A DNA stretch of 64,000 nucleotides, taken from assembly GCA_019057795.1 (NCBI GenBank), contig JAHLWS010000087.1:43176-107175 (forward strand), read 5' to 3'. Shown here piece after piece: positions 30,601 through 39,626 of this stretch. The position numbers and the translations under genes were made by a program. Numbering within the stretch: the stretch's first letter is position 1; every line of letters starts with the position of its first letter. The DNA is from Promethearchaeota archaeon. Its GTDB lineage: Archaea; Asgardarchaeota; Lokiarchaeia; Sigyniarchaeales; SOKP01. Under the pieces are notes generated by a model, which saw only the letters and a list, made by a program, of their open reading frames with translations, made no database searches and had not been told where the DNA came from.

Positions 30601-31363
30601 GCAATATTCATATATTTTAGATACATCTCAGTTAGATATTGGAGTTAGAATTATCACTCTTTCTGCTTCAAAAACAAACTTTCAGCTTCAAACTGAGAAT
30701 CTTAGAGTAAATATTCAAAGAATAAGGACAAATATTACTACAATATCGGGCGAATCAATATTTACGATTCAATCGGGAAATAATATTCTCCTACAATTAA
30801 TTTTGAATAACGAGGATTTTGGGGGTACGATTAAAAATGCAAATCTAACATATAGATGGCAATTTGGAGAAGGAGAACTTATTGATCCTGATTCTGATGG
30901 AATATATGAAACGACATTAACCAATTTACCAGTTGGGTCATACACAATTACTATTACTGCTGATAAAGGCGATAATTATGATTTTGAAAGGTATCAAATA
31001 ACAATTACGGTAATTAACCCTCCAAATGAATTTTTAATTTTCTTGATTCTTTTAATTACAGCTTCTATAACAGCAGTGTCATTAGTTAGTTATCTAATAT
31101 TATACAAAAAAGTTTTGAGATATCCAAAACAAGTAAGAAAGGTTAGAAAATATCGAAGAACTTTAAAAAAAGCGAAGAATCCAAAGATAAATATAATACC
31201 ACGTAAAGAAGCGTTCAATAATCAATTTAAAGATGAAATAGGTAACACTTCTACATTATTAAAGGGAAAACCTTCAGAAAGTATAATTCAAGTAGATAAA
31301 TTAAAAGCAATAAAGTTAATGAATGAATCTGATAACCAAACAAATGATGGAGGGAATAAATAA
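27614..31363 (+). CDS. Large single-pass surface glycoprotein 2 (beta-rich head, Ig-like stalk repeats, DxDxDG motif, conserved tail)
   Basis: Signal peptide, dense sequons, about 100-aa beta repeats, DPDSDGIYE, TM, YKKVLRYPKQVRKVRKYRRTL. Confidence 0.88.
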   Translation: MNLATNRKKRLYALLTLLSIFVVNAAIINFTYIPNNLNEKIIKKVIDVPKNNDLTSDNKYNGIGDAWNITHWANRTDYDLPASFEENSYDMVEMPLGTDWVGYKLNASINNLYDSRNWNNGTFNFGDNNTYATGEDDSLYITNSYQNWTFHENVVGSSNVMSGNYLDKNAVTPVNTQNHDSLELRMAGNRYNDSGDPYWYRYRYDTGDKCSWSSSFHIPRGKVIDSWLKFQVNPIHIISFNSWEFRIFLNGIKVYSDGLFTLKQRGQNTWHNFTIPQGLWINTSDVYSTTFLNDSNISIEIALEYTATSAGYGYEDGENRDYQQVLIDNVELETKAEAQPSDIQLKSNNTIVEDISWGKGKVEINGNWQSVDGKVYTNFSCDDVGQLGAFSIDILSDLNLHAIKHTPESNYETNVGSIGTKFSVNNESSVNWLCYGRVNVPTRYEETELKINFPTDVNITSVFDPQNPSLNILSQCDNSTPGVLSIPVNTISLTPDGFWKFEAVSPNYCKDLMIYNNETGAWIRNNNFLSGDFINITAKITNSPEISSYIQNTKAFLQIRFPNGTLWSDQSQFASVDINGNVIFMLFQIPTAPPNYEVGEYEAIITWNNSYSIYGLNETGIIYKKFNIIHESKLVPDEFYYEDMKENSSFNLKISFSDSVDNEPITNAIVYTFNFTHPSVKQYFSEISPGYYFLEFNVEDGILGNNTLSIYANSSNYENKVVNIKIEVIRETELTVDNDFINNVLFEQNFTIQFNYTEKLSSTGINPDSLSTDWLGNYSFIEIATGRYNLTCSTLGYNAGQLYTLNLYVDAYKYEAKSISIKVYITELKSSLELFVNSNALQPNDVFTVDVWEKINITVFYKDIHGNPLTGAIINVTSGSFSYQLNENLLFNHYSLILDATELEQGIDNLVVFAQLVNYEPQTIPFIAEIIERSTIIEILFDGVNKTDDPTIDITIGQTLNITVNYMDDEYHHIQGAMAQLSGDLIGNLSENLIFEQYSYILDTSQLDIGVRIITLSASKTNFQLQTENLRVNIQRIRTNITTISGESIFTIQSGNNILLQLILNNEDFGGTIKNANLTYRWQFGEGELIDPDSDGIYETTLTNLPVGSYTITITADKGDNYDFERYQITITVINPPNEFLIFLILLITASITAVSLVSYLILYKKVLRYPKQVRKVRKYRRTLKKAKNPKINIIPRKEAFNNQFKDEIGNTSTLLKGKPSESIIQVDKLKAIKLMNESDNQTNDGGNK

Positions 31364-31365
31364 TA

Positions 31366-34300
31366 ATGAGGATAAAAAACAAAAGAAAAATTAACCGTTC
31401 GGCGATTATTAGGGTCTTTTTAATTATTCTTTTAACTCTTGATTTATCTAGTCTTAACTTGAATCAGCTAATTCCCACTGATAATAAGGAGATTCAAAGA
31501 AACATTTTTGATCTTGAAAATACACTTAATAGCCAAGATGTATCTTTTGATAATATACATAGCGGTATTGGTGCACCTTGGAATTTAACTCACTGGGCAA
31601 ACAGAACAGATTACGATTTATCAGTAAGCTTTCCTGAAGGGGCCAACGATATGGTTGATATTCCTTTAGGTAGTAGTTGGAAAGGGTACAAATTAAGCGC
31701 AAATATTAATGATTTGGTTGATAAGCGGAATTGGAATAATGGTACTTTCAATTTTGGTGATGATGATGGAACTGATGCTGCTGGAGAAAATGATACTAAT
31801 GATATAACAAATATTTATCAAAATTGGACATTTGTGAAAAATGATACAGGTCTCGGTAATAATTATATGAGCGGTAATTATAATTCGAGTGTGGGAGGAA
31901 ATAATTGTTTAGAATTAAGAATGGATGGTAATAACACTGTTGTATCTGGTCCACTTGAATGGTGGACATATGACCCTGATGATAAATGTTGGTGGAGCAG
32001 CTCCATACAAATACCACGTGGAAAAATAATTGATAGTAGTTTGAAATTTGATCTATATCCAAATCATTTAGCACATTTTAATTCATGGGCATTTGCTATA
32101 TATTTAAATGCTAAAAGAGTTTATTCTATAGGTACTTTTACATTATCACAGTATGGACAAGATGCGTGGCACAGTTTTACTATTCCTCAAAATATCTGGA
32201 CGAATACATCTAATGTTTTTTCGAATAATCCTATAAATAATTCATTAATTGATATTAAACTTGCTCTAGAATGTGTAGGTGGTGGAAATTTTTCTGGTTT
32301 TGCAAATAGGACTTTCCAAAGGGTATATGTTGATAATGTTGAATTAATTACCAAGGCAGAAGTTCTTCCATCTTATATTGAATTAAACATGAACCAAACA
32401 ATTGTACAAGATATTGACTGGGGTCGAGGGACTGTTGAAATTGAAGGGGAATGGGAATCTACTACAGTCTTTGCAAATTTCAGTAGTACTGATGTAGGAG
32501 AATTGGGAAATTATGACATTAATTTAAAGACTAACTTGAATTTATATGGGATCAAGCATACTCCAGAAACAAATTATGAAACTGATGTTGGCTCATTAGG
32601 GACTGTTTTTTCTGTAAGTAATGCAAGTACTGTGAATTGGGAGAGTTATGGTTTTATTGCTATTCCAACGGGATATTCTGAGTCAGAGATGAGACTTGAA
32701 TTTCCGATTGATGTCATTATTACTTCCGTTTTTGAACCTGAAAATCCTTCTACCAATATTTTAATCTTATGTGACAATTCTATACCTGGAAGATTAATAA
32801 TACCAGTAGATGCTATTTCCACTACTCCTGACGGATTTTGGAAATTTGAAGCTGTTTCACCTAATTATTGCGAAGATTTAATGATCTATAATAATGCAAC
32901 AGGAGCCTGGATTCGAAATAATAACTTCTTAAGCGGTGATTATATTAATATTACTGCAAAAATTACCAATTCTCCGGTAATATCTAGTTACATTCAAAGC
33001 ACAAAAGCGTTTCTTCAAATTCGGTTTCCAAATGGTACTTTATGGTCTGATCAAAGTCAATTTGCTTCAGTTGATTCAAATGGTAATGTAAATTTTATGC
33101 CGTTTCAAATACCTTCAGTACTACCGAATTACGAAGTTGGAGAATATGAGGCAATAGTTACCTGGAATAATTCCTACTCTATTTACGATTTGAATGAAAC
33201 AGGTATTCTTTATAAAAAATTCAATATAATCCACGATTCTATTTTAATCCCAGATATTAATTATTTTGAAGATGTAATTGATGGTTCTGTATTAAATTTA
33301 AGAGTATCATTTAATGATTTACAGAATTTTGATGCTATTGAAAATGCGATTGTATACACTTATAATTTCACTCATCCTTCAATAATTCAATATTTCAGCG
33401 AAATAAGCCCAGGTTATTACTTTCTTGAATTTAATGTTACTGGGGCTCCGAATGCTGGTAATAATACCTTAACCATCTATGCTAGTTCGCCTAATTTTAT
33501 AAATAATGAAGTAAATATAACAATCGATATCATTAAAAATACAGTTCTTACAGTTGATAATGATTATTTAACAGGAGTTCCAATCGAGCAGAACTTTACA
33601 ATTCAATTATCTTATACTGAAAGCTATAGTGGTATGGGAATTGACACAAATAATCTTTCGACAAATTGGGCAGGTGAATATCACTTTGCTACGATTACTC
33701 AAGGATTATATACTCTTACTTGTAATGCTTCTGGTCCGGGATACCAACCAGACAAGCTTTATTCAATGATAATTACAGTTAAAGCTAATAGATATCAACC
33801 TCAATCAATTCCAATTAGAATTTTTATAACTAAAAAAGCATCATTTTTGGAATTATATGTAAATGGCACTCAAAAGTTTGAAGACGATTTAGTTTCAATT
33901 GAATTTTGGCAACAATTAAATATTACAATAACTTATAAAGATGTCTCCTCTAGACATTTAGGCGGTGCGTCAATAAAATTAACCGGAGGAGGAATTTCCA
34001 AACCATTAATAGAAAAGCCAATTCTAGGTCAATATAGTCGTTTATTAAATGTCTCTGAATTAGGTTTAGGGCTTGATTATTTATCAATATTTGCTAATGT
34101 ATCTAATTATCTCCCTCAATCTATTCGCTTTATTACTGAAGTAACTAAAAGAAAAACCCTATTGGAAATCTACTTAAATGGAGTTGATAGAACTACTGAT
34201 CCATCTATTGATATTGCTATCGGTGACTTTTTAAATATTACTATAAGATATACTGATACGAATGGTAATCACATTGAAAATGCTGCAGTTAATTTGTTTG

Positions 34301-35076
34301 GAGCCATCTCAAATAGCTTAATTGAAGATAAAACATTAAAACAATATTCATACATTTTGAATACAAGCATTTTAGATATTGGAATCAGAATGATTGCTAT
34401 TTCGGCAGAGAAAGAAAATTACGAACTTCAGACTGATGATCTCAGAATCGAAATCAGACGGATTTTTACGAATATTACCACTGAGGATGGAATTTCTAGA
34501 ATTTCTGCCCATCCAGGAGATAATGTGGTAATTAAAATTATTTTGTATGATTTAGATTCTGGAGAAACCATAAAAGGCGCGATTGTGTCATACAGTAGTC
34601 CTTATGGACAAGGATATTTAACAGATCCAGATAATGATGGGATATATGAGGTAGTATTTGAAAATATACCTGAAAGTACTTTTAAAATTACCATTTCAGC
34701 TTTTTATGGGGATAATTATGATTTTGAAAATTATGAAATAACGATTAGTGCTATAAGACCAGCAGCAGAAGCATTATTGCTTCTAATTTTAATAATTGCT
34801 ATAACTTCAGCGGCTATAATAATAGGGGGGTATATATATGCTTACCAAAAATATTTAAAATATCCCAAACCCGTCAGAAAAGTTCGAAAATACCGAAAAA
34901 CACTGAGAAAAACAAGCGATCCAAGAACGGATATAAAGGAGAGAGAGAAGGCATTCAAAGTTGAATATAAAACTGAATTAGATAAAACATCTAAATTATT
35001 AAAAGGAAAACCCGTAGAACCAATTATTAAACTAGAAAAGATTCTAAAGAAACCAGTTGAAGGTTCTAATAATTAA
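31366..35076 (+). CDS. Large single-pass surface glycoprotein 3 (full-length paralog of 27614..31363)
   Basis: Colinear with the previous gene (THWANRTDYDL, TPDGFWKFEAVSPNYC, DPDNDGIYE); TM; YQKYLKYPKPVRKVRKYRKTL; starts 2 bp after the previous stop. Confidence 0.88.
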   Translation: MRIKNKRKINRSAIIRVFLIILLTLDLSSLNLNQLIPTDNKEIQRNIFDLENTLNSQDVSFDNIHSGIGAPWNLTHWANRTDYDLSVSFPEGANDMVDIPLGSSWKGYKLSANINDLVDKRNWNNGTFNFGDDDGTDAAGENDTNDITNIYQNWTFVKNDTGLGNNYMSGNYNSSVGGNNCLELRMDGNNTVVSGPLEWWTYDPDDKCWWSSSIQIPRGKIIDSSLKFDLYPNHLAHFNSWAFAIYLNAKRVYSIGTFTLSQYGQDAWHSFTIPQNIWTNTSNVFSNNPINNSLIDIKLALECVGGGNFSGFANRTFQRVYVDNVELITKAEVLPSYIELNMNQTIVQDIDWGRGTVEIEGEWESTTVFANFSSTDVGELGNYDINLKTNLNLYGIKHTPETNYETDVGSLGTVFSVSNASTVNWESYGFIAIPTGYSESEMRLEFPIDVIITSVFEPENPSTNILILCDNSIPGRLIIPVDAISTTPDGFWKFEAVSPNYCEDLMIYNNATGAWIRNNNFLSGDYINITAKITNSPVISSYIQSTKAFLQIRFPNGTLWSDQSQFASVDSNGNVNFMPFQIPSVLPNYEVGEYEAIVTWNNSYSIYDLNETGILYKKFNIIHDSILIPDINYFEDVIDGSVLNLRVSFNDLQNFDAIENAIVYTYNFTHPSIIQYFSEISPGYYFLEFNVTGAPNAGNNTLTIYASSPNFINNEVNITIDIIKNTVLTVDNDYLTGVPIEQNFTIQLSYTESYSGMGIDTNNLSTNWAGEYHFATITQGLYTLTCNASGPGYQPDKLYSMIITVKANRYQPQSIPIRIFITKKASFLELYVNGTQKFEDDLVSIEFWQQLNITITYKDVSSRHLGGASIKLTGGGISKPLIEKPILGQYSRLLNVSELGLGLDYLSIFANVSNYLPQSIRFITEVTKRKTLLEIYLNGVDRTTDPSIDIAIGDFLNITIRYTDTNGNHIENAAVNLFGAISNSLIEDKTLKQYSYILNTSILDIGIRMIAISAEKENYELQTDDLRIEIRRIFTNITTEDGISRISAHPGDNVVIKIILYDLDSGETIKGAIVSYSSPYGQGYLTDPDNDGIYEVVFENIPESTFKITISAFYGDNYDFENYEITISAIRPAAEALLLLILIIAITSAAIIIGGYIYAYQKYLKYPKPVRKVRKYRKTLRKTSDPRTDIKEREKAFKVEYKTELDKTSKLLKGKPVEPIIKLEKILKKPVEGSNN

Positions 35077-35231
35077 AGAGTCAAATTAATATAAAATCTA
35101 GTTAATTTTTCATTTTTCAATTTTTTATTTTCACATAATATATAATATTTCTCAAAATAATTACTAAGCAATATAATTTAAATAAATAGTAAAGAAAATT
35201 GAAATATTATCATAATTTAATGATTGTATAG

Positions 35232-36293
35232 ATGAGTTCTAATATTAAAATTTTTAAGTTAAATTATTCTGGAACCTTTAAGGAAATTTCAGAAGAGAAG
35301 ATACTCCTTAACTTTACTCTATTCGATATTTTAACATTTTACGTGCCAAATCAAAGATTAATGTATATTTGGATTGGGAAAAAAGTCTCGCAAAGTTTGA
35401 AAAAACTTATCCCACAAATACGAGGAGCTATTTCAAGTGAGTATCCCGAATTAAAGATTTTAAGAAACATTACAATCGAATCGGGATTAGAACCTGCCGA
35501 ATTTTTAAGTATTATTGGGGTTACAGAAGAGGTCCTGAAAGCTAGAATTAAAAAGCTAGAGATTAATTTGTTACCAATTCTCTCTGAAATAAACAGGTTA
35601 AAAGAAAAGGTAGATAAGTATTTCATTTCAGAAAATTACAATATGGCAATTAATGCTGCTCAGAAAATTGTTAACCTTGCCAAGGATATAGACGATGATT
35701 CTCTTGAGCAAGATCAAATCAACTTTATCAACGAAGCTCAATCGAAAGCGCACGCTAGCGAAGCTCTCTACCAAATAGAGCATCAAAGTAAGGAAGTTAT
35801 TAAACAATTTAACCAGTTAGTGGAGGTAGAGGATTATCGAGAGGCACATAGCCTAGCAGAAGATTTTAAAAGAAAATACGAAAATGAATACGACATTTCT
35901 TCAATTCCCTTAGCCCAGCAATTAATATTAAAAGATGAAAACATGATATATAGTTTGAAAATCGAACAAGAAAAGATAAAAAAGGAAATTGATGAATTCT
36001 ATAATTCTTTTAAGACAGGTCCCAATAAAGGTAATTTAAAGCAAGCAAAAGAATTTTTTGGAAAAATTAAAGCTGAGATTAAGAATTTATTTGATGATGA
36101 TGTTTTAAATAGTTTGAAACAATTTGAAGCCCGATATAATGAAGCAAAAAAAGAAACAGTTAGTGAAATAGCTCAAGTAAGTATGGAAGCCCTTAATAAT
36201 TTGGAAAAAGGTGAAATATCTAAAGCTATAGAAATCTTTGAAAAAATTATCAAAAAATTAGAATTTAACAATAAAACATTGACGGGTGCATAG
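35232..36293 (+). CDS. Gelsolin-like domain fused to TPR-like helical repeats
   Basis: N-terminal ~95 aa with gelsolin hallmarks MYIWIGKKVS and IESGLEPAEFLSII; remainder is amphipathic helical pairs. Confidence 0.72.
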   Translation: MSSNIKIFKLNYSGTFKEISEEKILLNFTLFDILTFYVPNQRLMYIWIGKKVSQSLKKLIPQIRGAISSEYPELKILRNITIESGLEPAEFLSIIGVTEEVLKARIKKLEINLLPILSEINRLKEKVDKYFISENYNMAINAAQKIVNLAKDIDDDSLEQDQINFINEAQSKAHASEALYQIEHQSKEVIKQFNQLVEVEDYREAHSLAEDFKRKYENEYDISSIPLAQQLILKDENMIYSLKIEQEKIKKEIDEFYNSFKTGPNKGNLKQAKEFFGKIKAEIKNLFDDDVLNSLKQFEARYNEAKKETVSEIAQVSMEALNNLEKGEISKAIEIFEKIIKKLEFNNKTLTGA

Positions 36294-36295
36294 TA

Positions 36296-37264
36296 TTGGA
36301 TTTAAACTCAGACAAAGAGACTAATAATAAGAAAAAAATAGTAGTTTTATCTAAAATTGATGAGTTGAAAGTAATAGCGAATAACCACTATCTAATGGGC
36401 AAATTTGATGAAGCAATAAAAATAGCAGAAGAAATAATGGATATAGCTGAAGGAGCTAAATTATATTCTATTGTAAGGGAGGAAGGAGAGTTCATTGCAG
36501 AGCTTTATAAAAAAGTTAAAGATAATAATAAATTTATTGAAATTGAAAAACAACAAAATATTCTAAAAAAACAACTTGAACCATTAGAAATCCAGTTTAA
36601 TAGCTACATAAGTACTAATAATATCACATTAGCAGAAGAAACATTAGAACAAGCAAAAACTCTCCTAAAAAAGCTTAAAGATACCGAAACGCTGAAAATG
36701 TGGGAAACATCTGAAGCAATGTTTTTAGAATTAAGAAAAAAGATTGATATCAATGAAGACATTGAACATTCATTGGCAGAAGTTTCAAGATTAATAGATA
36801 ATTACGAATTTGATAAGGCAAAACAAATACTTAACTCTAAGATAGAATTTTTGCAAAAAGAAGATTTCTTAGATCATCAACAGAAATTAAAAATAAAAAT
36901 GAAAAGTTTAATTGATGCTGAGGATAAATATTTTAAATTAGAAGAAGATTTAAAAGATTTAGAAAGCGAAATTAAACAAAATGTTTCTCAAAATCAATTT
37001 GAGCAAGCAATAAACAATATTAAGAAAATCGTTAAAATTTCAAGGTTTATTGGTAAAAGTAATTACTTAAAGAAATACACTGAATATATCGATATTATTG
37101 AAAATAAGATAAGGGAAGTTTCCAAAATCGAAGATTTAAAAACTAAGGTTAACAATATAAACGTCCAAGGCATCGAAGCCTTGAAATATGACGATTATTC
37201 TGGAGCTCTTGAAATATTTAAAGAAATATTGAACCAATTAAAAGCTGTTTTTAATAAAAAATAG
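36296..37264 (+). CDS. TPR-like helical repeat protein, similar to the C-terminal part of 35232..36293
   Basis: IDELKVIANNHYLMGKFDEAIKIAEEIMDIA resembles INRLKEKVDKYFISENYNMAINAAQKIVNLA; starts 2 bp after the upstream stop. Confidence 0.7.
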   Translation: MDLNSDKETNNKKKIVVLSKIDELKVIANNHYLMGKFDEAIKIAEEIMDIAEGAKLYSIVREEGEFIAELYKKVKDNNKFIEIEKQQNILKKQLEPLEIQFNSYISTNNITLAEETLEQAKTLLKKLKDTETLKMWETSEAMFLELRKKIDINEDIEHSLAEVSRLIDNYEFDKAKQILNSKIEFLQKEDFLDHQQKLKIKMKSLIDAEDKYFKLEEDLKDLESEIKQNVSQNQFEQAINNIKKIVKISRFIGKSNYLKKYTEYIDIIENKIREVSKIEDLKTKVNNINVQGIEALKYDDYSGALEIFKEILNQLKAVFNKK

Positions 37265-37369
37265 TTTTTATTTTCTTCTTAATAACCAGTTTAATTAATA
37301 TCAAACGGTTTATAATTTTTTAACGAAGGTATTAAATAGTAAAAATTCTATATAATTTTTGGATTAAAA

Positions 37370-37816
37370 TTGATCCAAGAGATTATTATTCTTAATGACA
37401 TGGGTATTCCCATATTTTGCCATAACTTTAGCGGTAGTTCAAATAAGGATAATAATTATCAATTAATTGGTAGCTATTTCGACCAAATTTGCCGATTTGC
37501 CAAATACGGGTTCAAAGAAAGTTTAACCACTATAAAAATGAAAAAAAGCGTATTTTATTTTAAAACGCATCCTAAAACTAATTTTCATCTAATATTAAAA
37601 TGTGATAGTAAAGTCGATAATAAAAAGCTTAAAAAAAAGGCAATTGATAATATTGCAGTTAAAATCTTTGATAATTTCTTTGTTAAATTTAAAAGAGAAT
37701 TGATGAATTTTAACGGAAATATTGCTCCTTTTAAAATTTTTTCTAAAGATATTGATGAGATGATAAAACCTAAAGGGCTTTTGAGAAATTTTGTAATAAG
37801 TCCTGGAGTTTTTTAA
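37370..37816 (+). CDS. Stand-alone longin-like domain protein
   Basis: MIQEIIILNDMGIPIFCHNF..QLIGSYFDQICRFA..FHLILKCD..FFVKFKRELMNFNGNIAPFKIFSKDIDEMI. Confidence 0.75.
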   Translation: MIQEIIILNDMGIPIFCHNFSGSSNKDNNYQLIGSYFDQICRFAKYGFKESLTTIKMKKSVFYFKTHPKTNFHLILKCDSKVDNKKLKKKAIDNIAVKIFDNFFVKFKRELMNFNGNIAPFKIFSKDIDEMIKPKGLLRNFVISPGVF

Positions 37817-38361
37817 ATTTTAAAACAAGCTAATATCAAAGCATTGCGAAATTTACCATCAATATTAAGATATTTTCTTAGTATTCCTTCCTCTTCGAAG
37901 TTAGAGTTTTTAAACATTTTGATGGACCTTTCATTTTTAACAGCTATATGTGCTTCGATCCTATTTAGATTTAGATGGTTAAAAGCAATATTTTTAGCTA
38001 ATTGTATTACTCGTTTACCTAATCCTTTCTCCCAATATTCTGGAAGAATCCATATTCCAACACCGGAACGATTATGAAACCAACTTATATTCCAGAGACT
38101 AGCTGAACCAATCCTACTTTTACTTTTATCATCTCGTAATTCTATAACATAATTAAATTGAAGATAATTATCCCATGATTTTAGATAATTTTTGATTAAT
38201 CTTCTTGAATGCTCTAAAGATCTTAGCGGTCCTAACGATAAAAAATTAGTCATCTCTTTATTAGTAAGACTATTATAAAAAAAAGAAATGTCATCTTTAG
38301 AAACCTTTCTAAGAAAAAGATTTCCTTCGTTAATTTCATCGATTACTTCGATATTTACCAT
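37813..38361 (-). CDS. GNAT N-acetyltransferase, RimJ/RimL family
   Basis: GIWILPEYWEKGLG, LNLNRIEAH..NERSIKMF..FEEEGILR. Confidence 0.9.
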   Translation of the reverse strand: MVNIEVIDEINEGNLFLRKVSKDDISFFYNSLTNKEMTNFLSLGPLRSLEHSRRLIKNYLKSWDNYLQFNYVIELRDDKSKSRIGSASLWNISWFHNRSGVGIWILPEYWEKGLGKRVIQLAKNIAFNHLNLNRIEAHIAVKNERSIKMFKNSNFEEEGILRKYLNIDGKFRNALILACFKI

Positions 38362-38457
38362 TAGTTATTTTATAACCAAAATTGTTTAAAAAATTATAGA
38401 TAGATATGTGTAAATAAAAAAAGTAAAAAAAATTTGAATATAATTTTAGACATTCGA

Positions 38458-39408
38458 CTACATTCCTATAAAGTGAGGAGTATCCTTAATCTTTCTCCTA
38501 CCACCGCACACGTCACACTTTGTACCGTCTTCAAATTTACCCTTACCGCCACATTTTGGACATTTAACCTTTCTATTGAACGCCAAGATTCCTTCTTTAG
38601 CATCAGAGGATACTTGGTTGATTCCAAAACCCATTTGCTCCATGATAAGGCCTAATTGTGGATAGCGCGTTCCAAATTTAACACCCTTCTTTATAACGAA
38701 TAATGCTGTTGTTGGAGCATCACCAAGCCATTTGGCTTTTTCGTGGACAAGTTTTTCAAATTCTTCTCCAGCAGGTGCAATCCAAGTGACAAGTCCCCAA
38801 TCGAGCATCGTTTTAGCATCGAAATGCTCACCAAAATAAGCCATGCGGAGTGCTCTATTAAGTCCTACTCTTTCTGCCATGCGGGTAATACCACCATTAG
38901 CAGGAAAGATTCCTCGATTGATTTCAGGTACCCCAAATATTGATCGATCAGAAGCAATAACAATATCGCATGTAAGTACTAATTCGATACCCCCGCCTAA
39001 TGCAAAACCGTCAACAGCAGCAATTAAGGGTTTATTAAATTGTTCTAATTCATCATAATCACGATGTCGTAATCTCATAGCTAAAGCCATATGCCAAGGG
39101 ATATTTGGTTTTAGATCTTTGCCGAAACCAGCACCTAAATCAGCACCTACCGAAAAGGAAGGTTTTTTAGTTACATTCTTTGTACCTCGTAATACTACTG
39201 CTCTTACGCTCGGATCAGTTTCCATAAGTCGTAAAGCTTGAGCAAGTTCTGAAACTGTTTGATTTGTTAAAGCATTTAATCGATCTGGTCTATCGATCGA
39301 TATTACTGCGTAATTTCCATCAATTGTCCCTTCTCGAATAACATTACCTTGTATGTCTGTTTTTGTTGGCCATTCAATTTTAATATGTTCAAATACATTT
39401 TCCGACAT
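38458..39408 (-). CDS. Enoyl-CoA hydratase/isomerase with DnaJ-type zinc-finger insert
   Basis: RPDRLNAL, FSVGADL, KPLIAAVDGFALGGGIEL, FGVPEINRGIFP; CPKCGGKG...CDVCGGRR near the C-terminus. Confidence 0.92.
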   Translation of the reverse strand: MSENVFEHIKIEWPTKTDIQGNVIREGTIDGNYAVISIDRPDRLNALTNQTVSELAQALRLMETDPSVRAVVLRGTKNVTKKPSFSVGADLGAGFGKDLKPNIPWHMALAMRLRHRDYDELEQFNKPLIAAVDGFALGGGIELVLTCDIVIASDRSIFGVPEINRGIFPANGGITRMAERVGLNRALRMAYFGEHFDAKTMLDWGLVTWIAPAGEEFEKLVHEKAKWLGDAPTTALFVIKKGVKFGTRYPQLGLIMEQMGFGINQVSSDAKEGILAFNRKVKCPKCGGKGKFEDGTKCDVCGGRRKIKDTPHFIGM

Positions 39409-39626
39409 ATTTAATAACCTCTTTTAAAAACCTTTTTTCAATTAATTTAATTATTCTTAAAATTTGATTTATGAATATTTAGTAGTAATTTTTTAGTAAT
39501 TAAAAACTTTCAAATTTTTCATTTTCTAATTGTTAATGTAAAAAAAAAGTAATTCAATCTATCAAACCAACAATACAATGGAAAAAAAAGTAAAAATAAA
39601 TGATATTTTTTAATTAATTATTAGAA

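Noticed and set aside
25803-35076. Calling the surface proteins integrins, cadherins or S-layer proteins
   Set aside because: No FG-GAP propeller, cadherin motifs or known S-layer signature is visible; the integrin comparison is a functional analogy only
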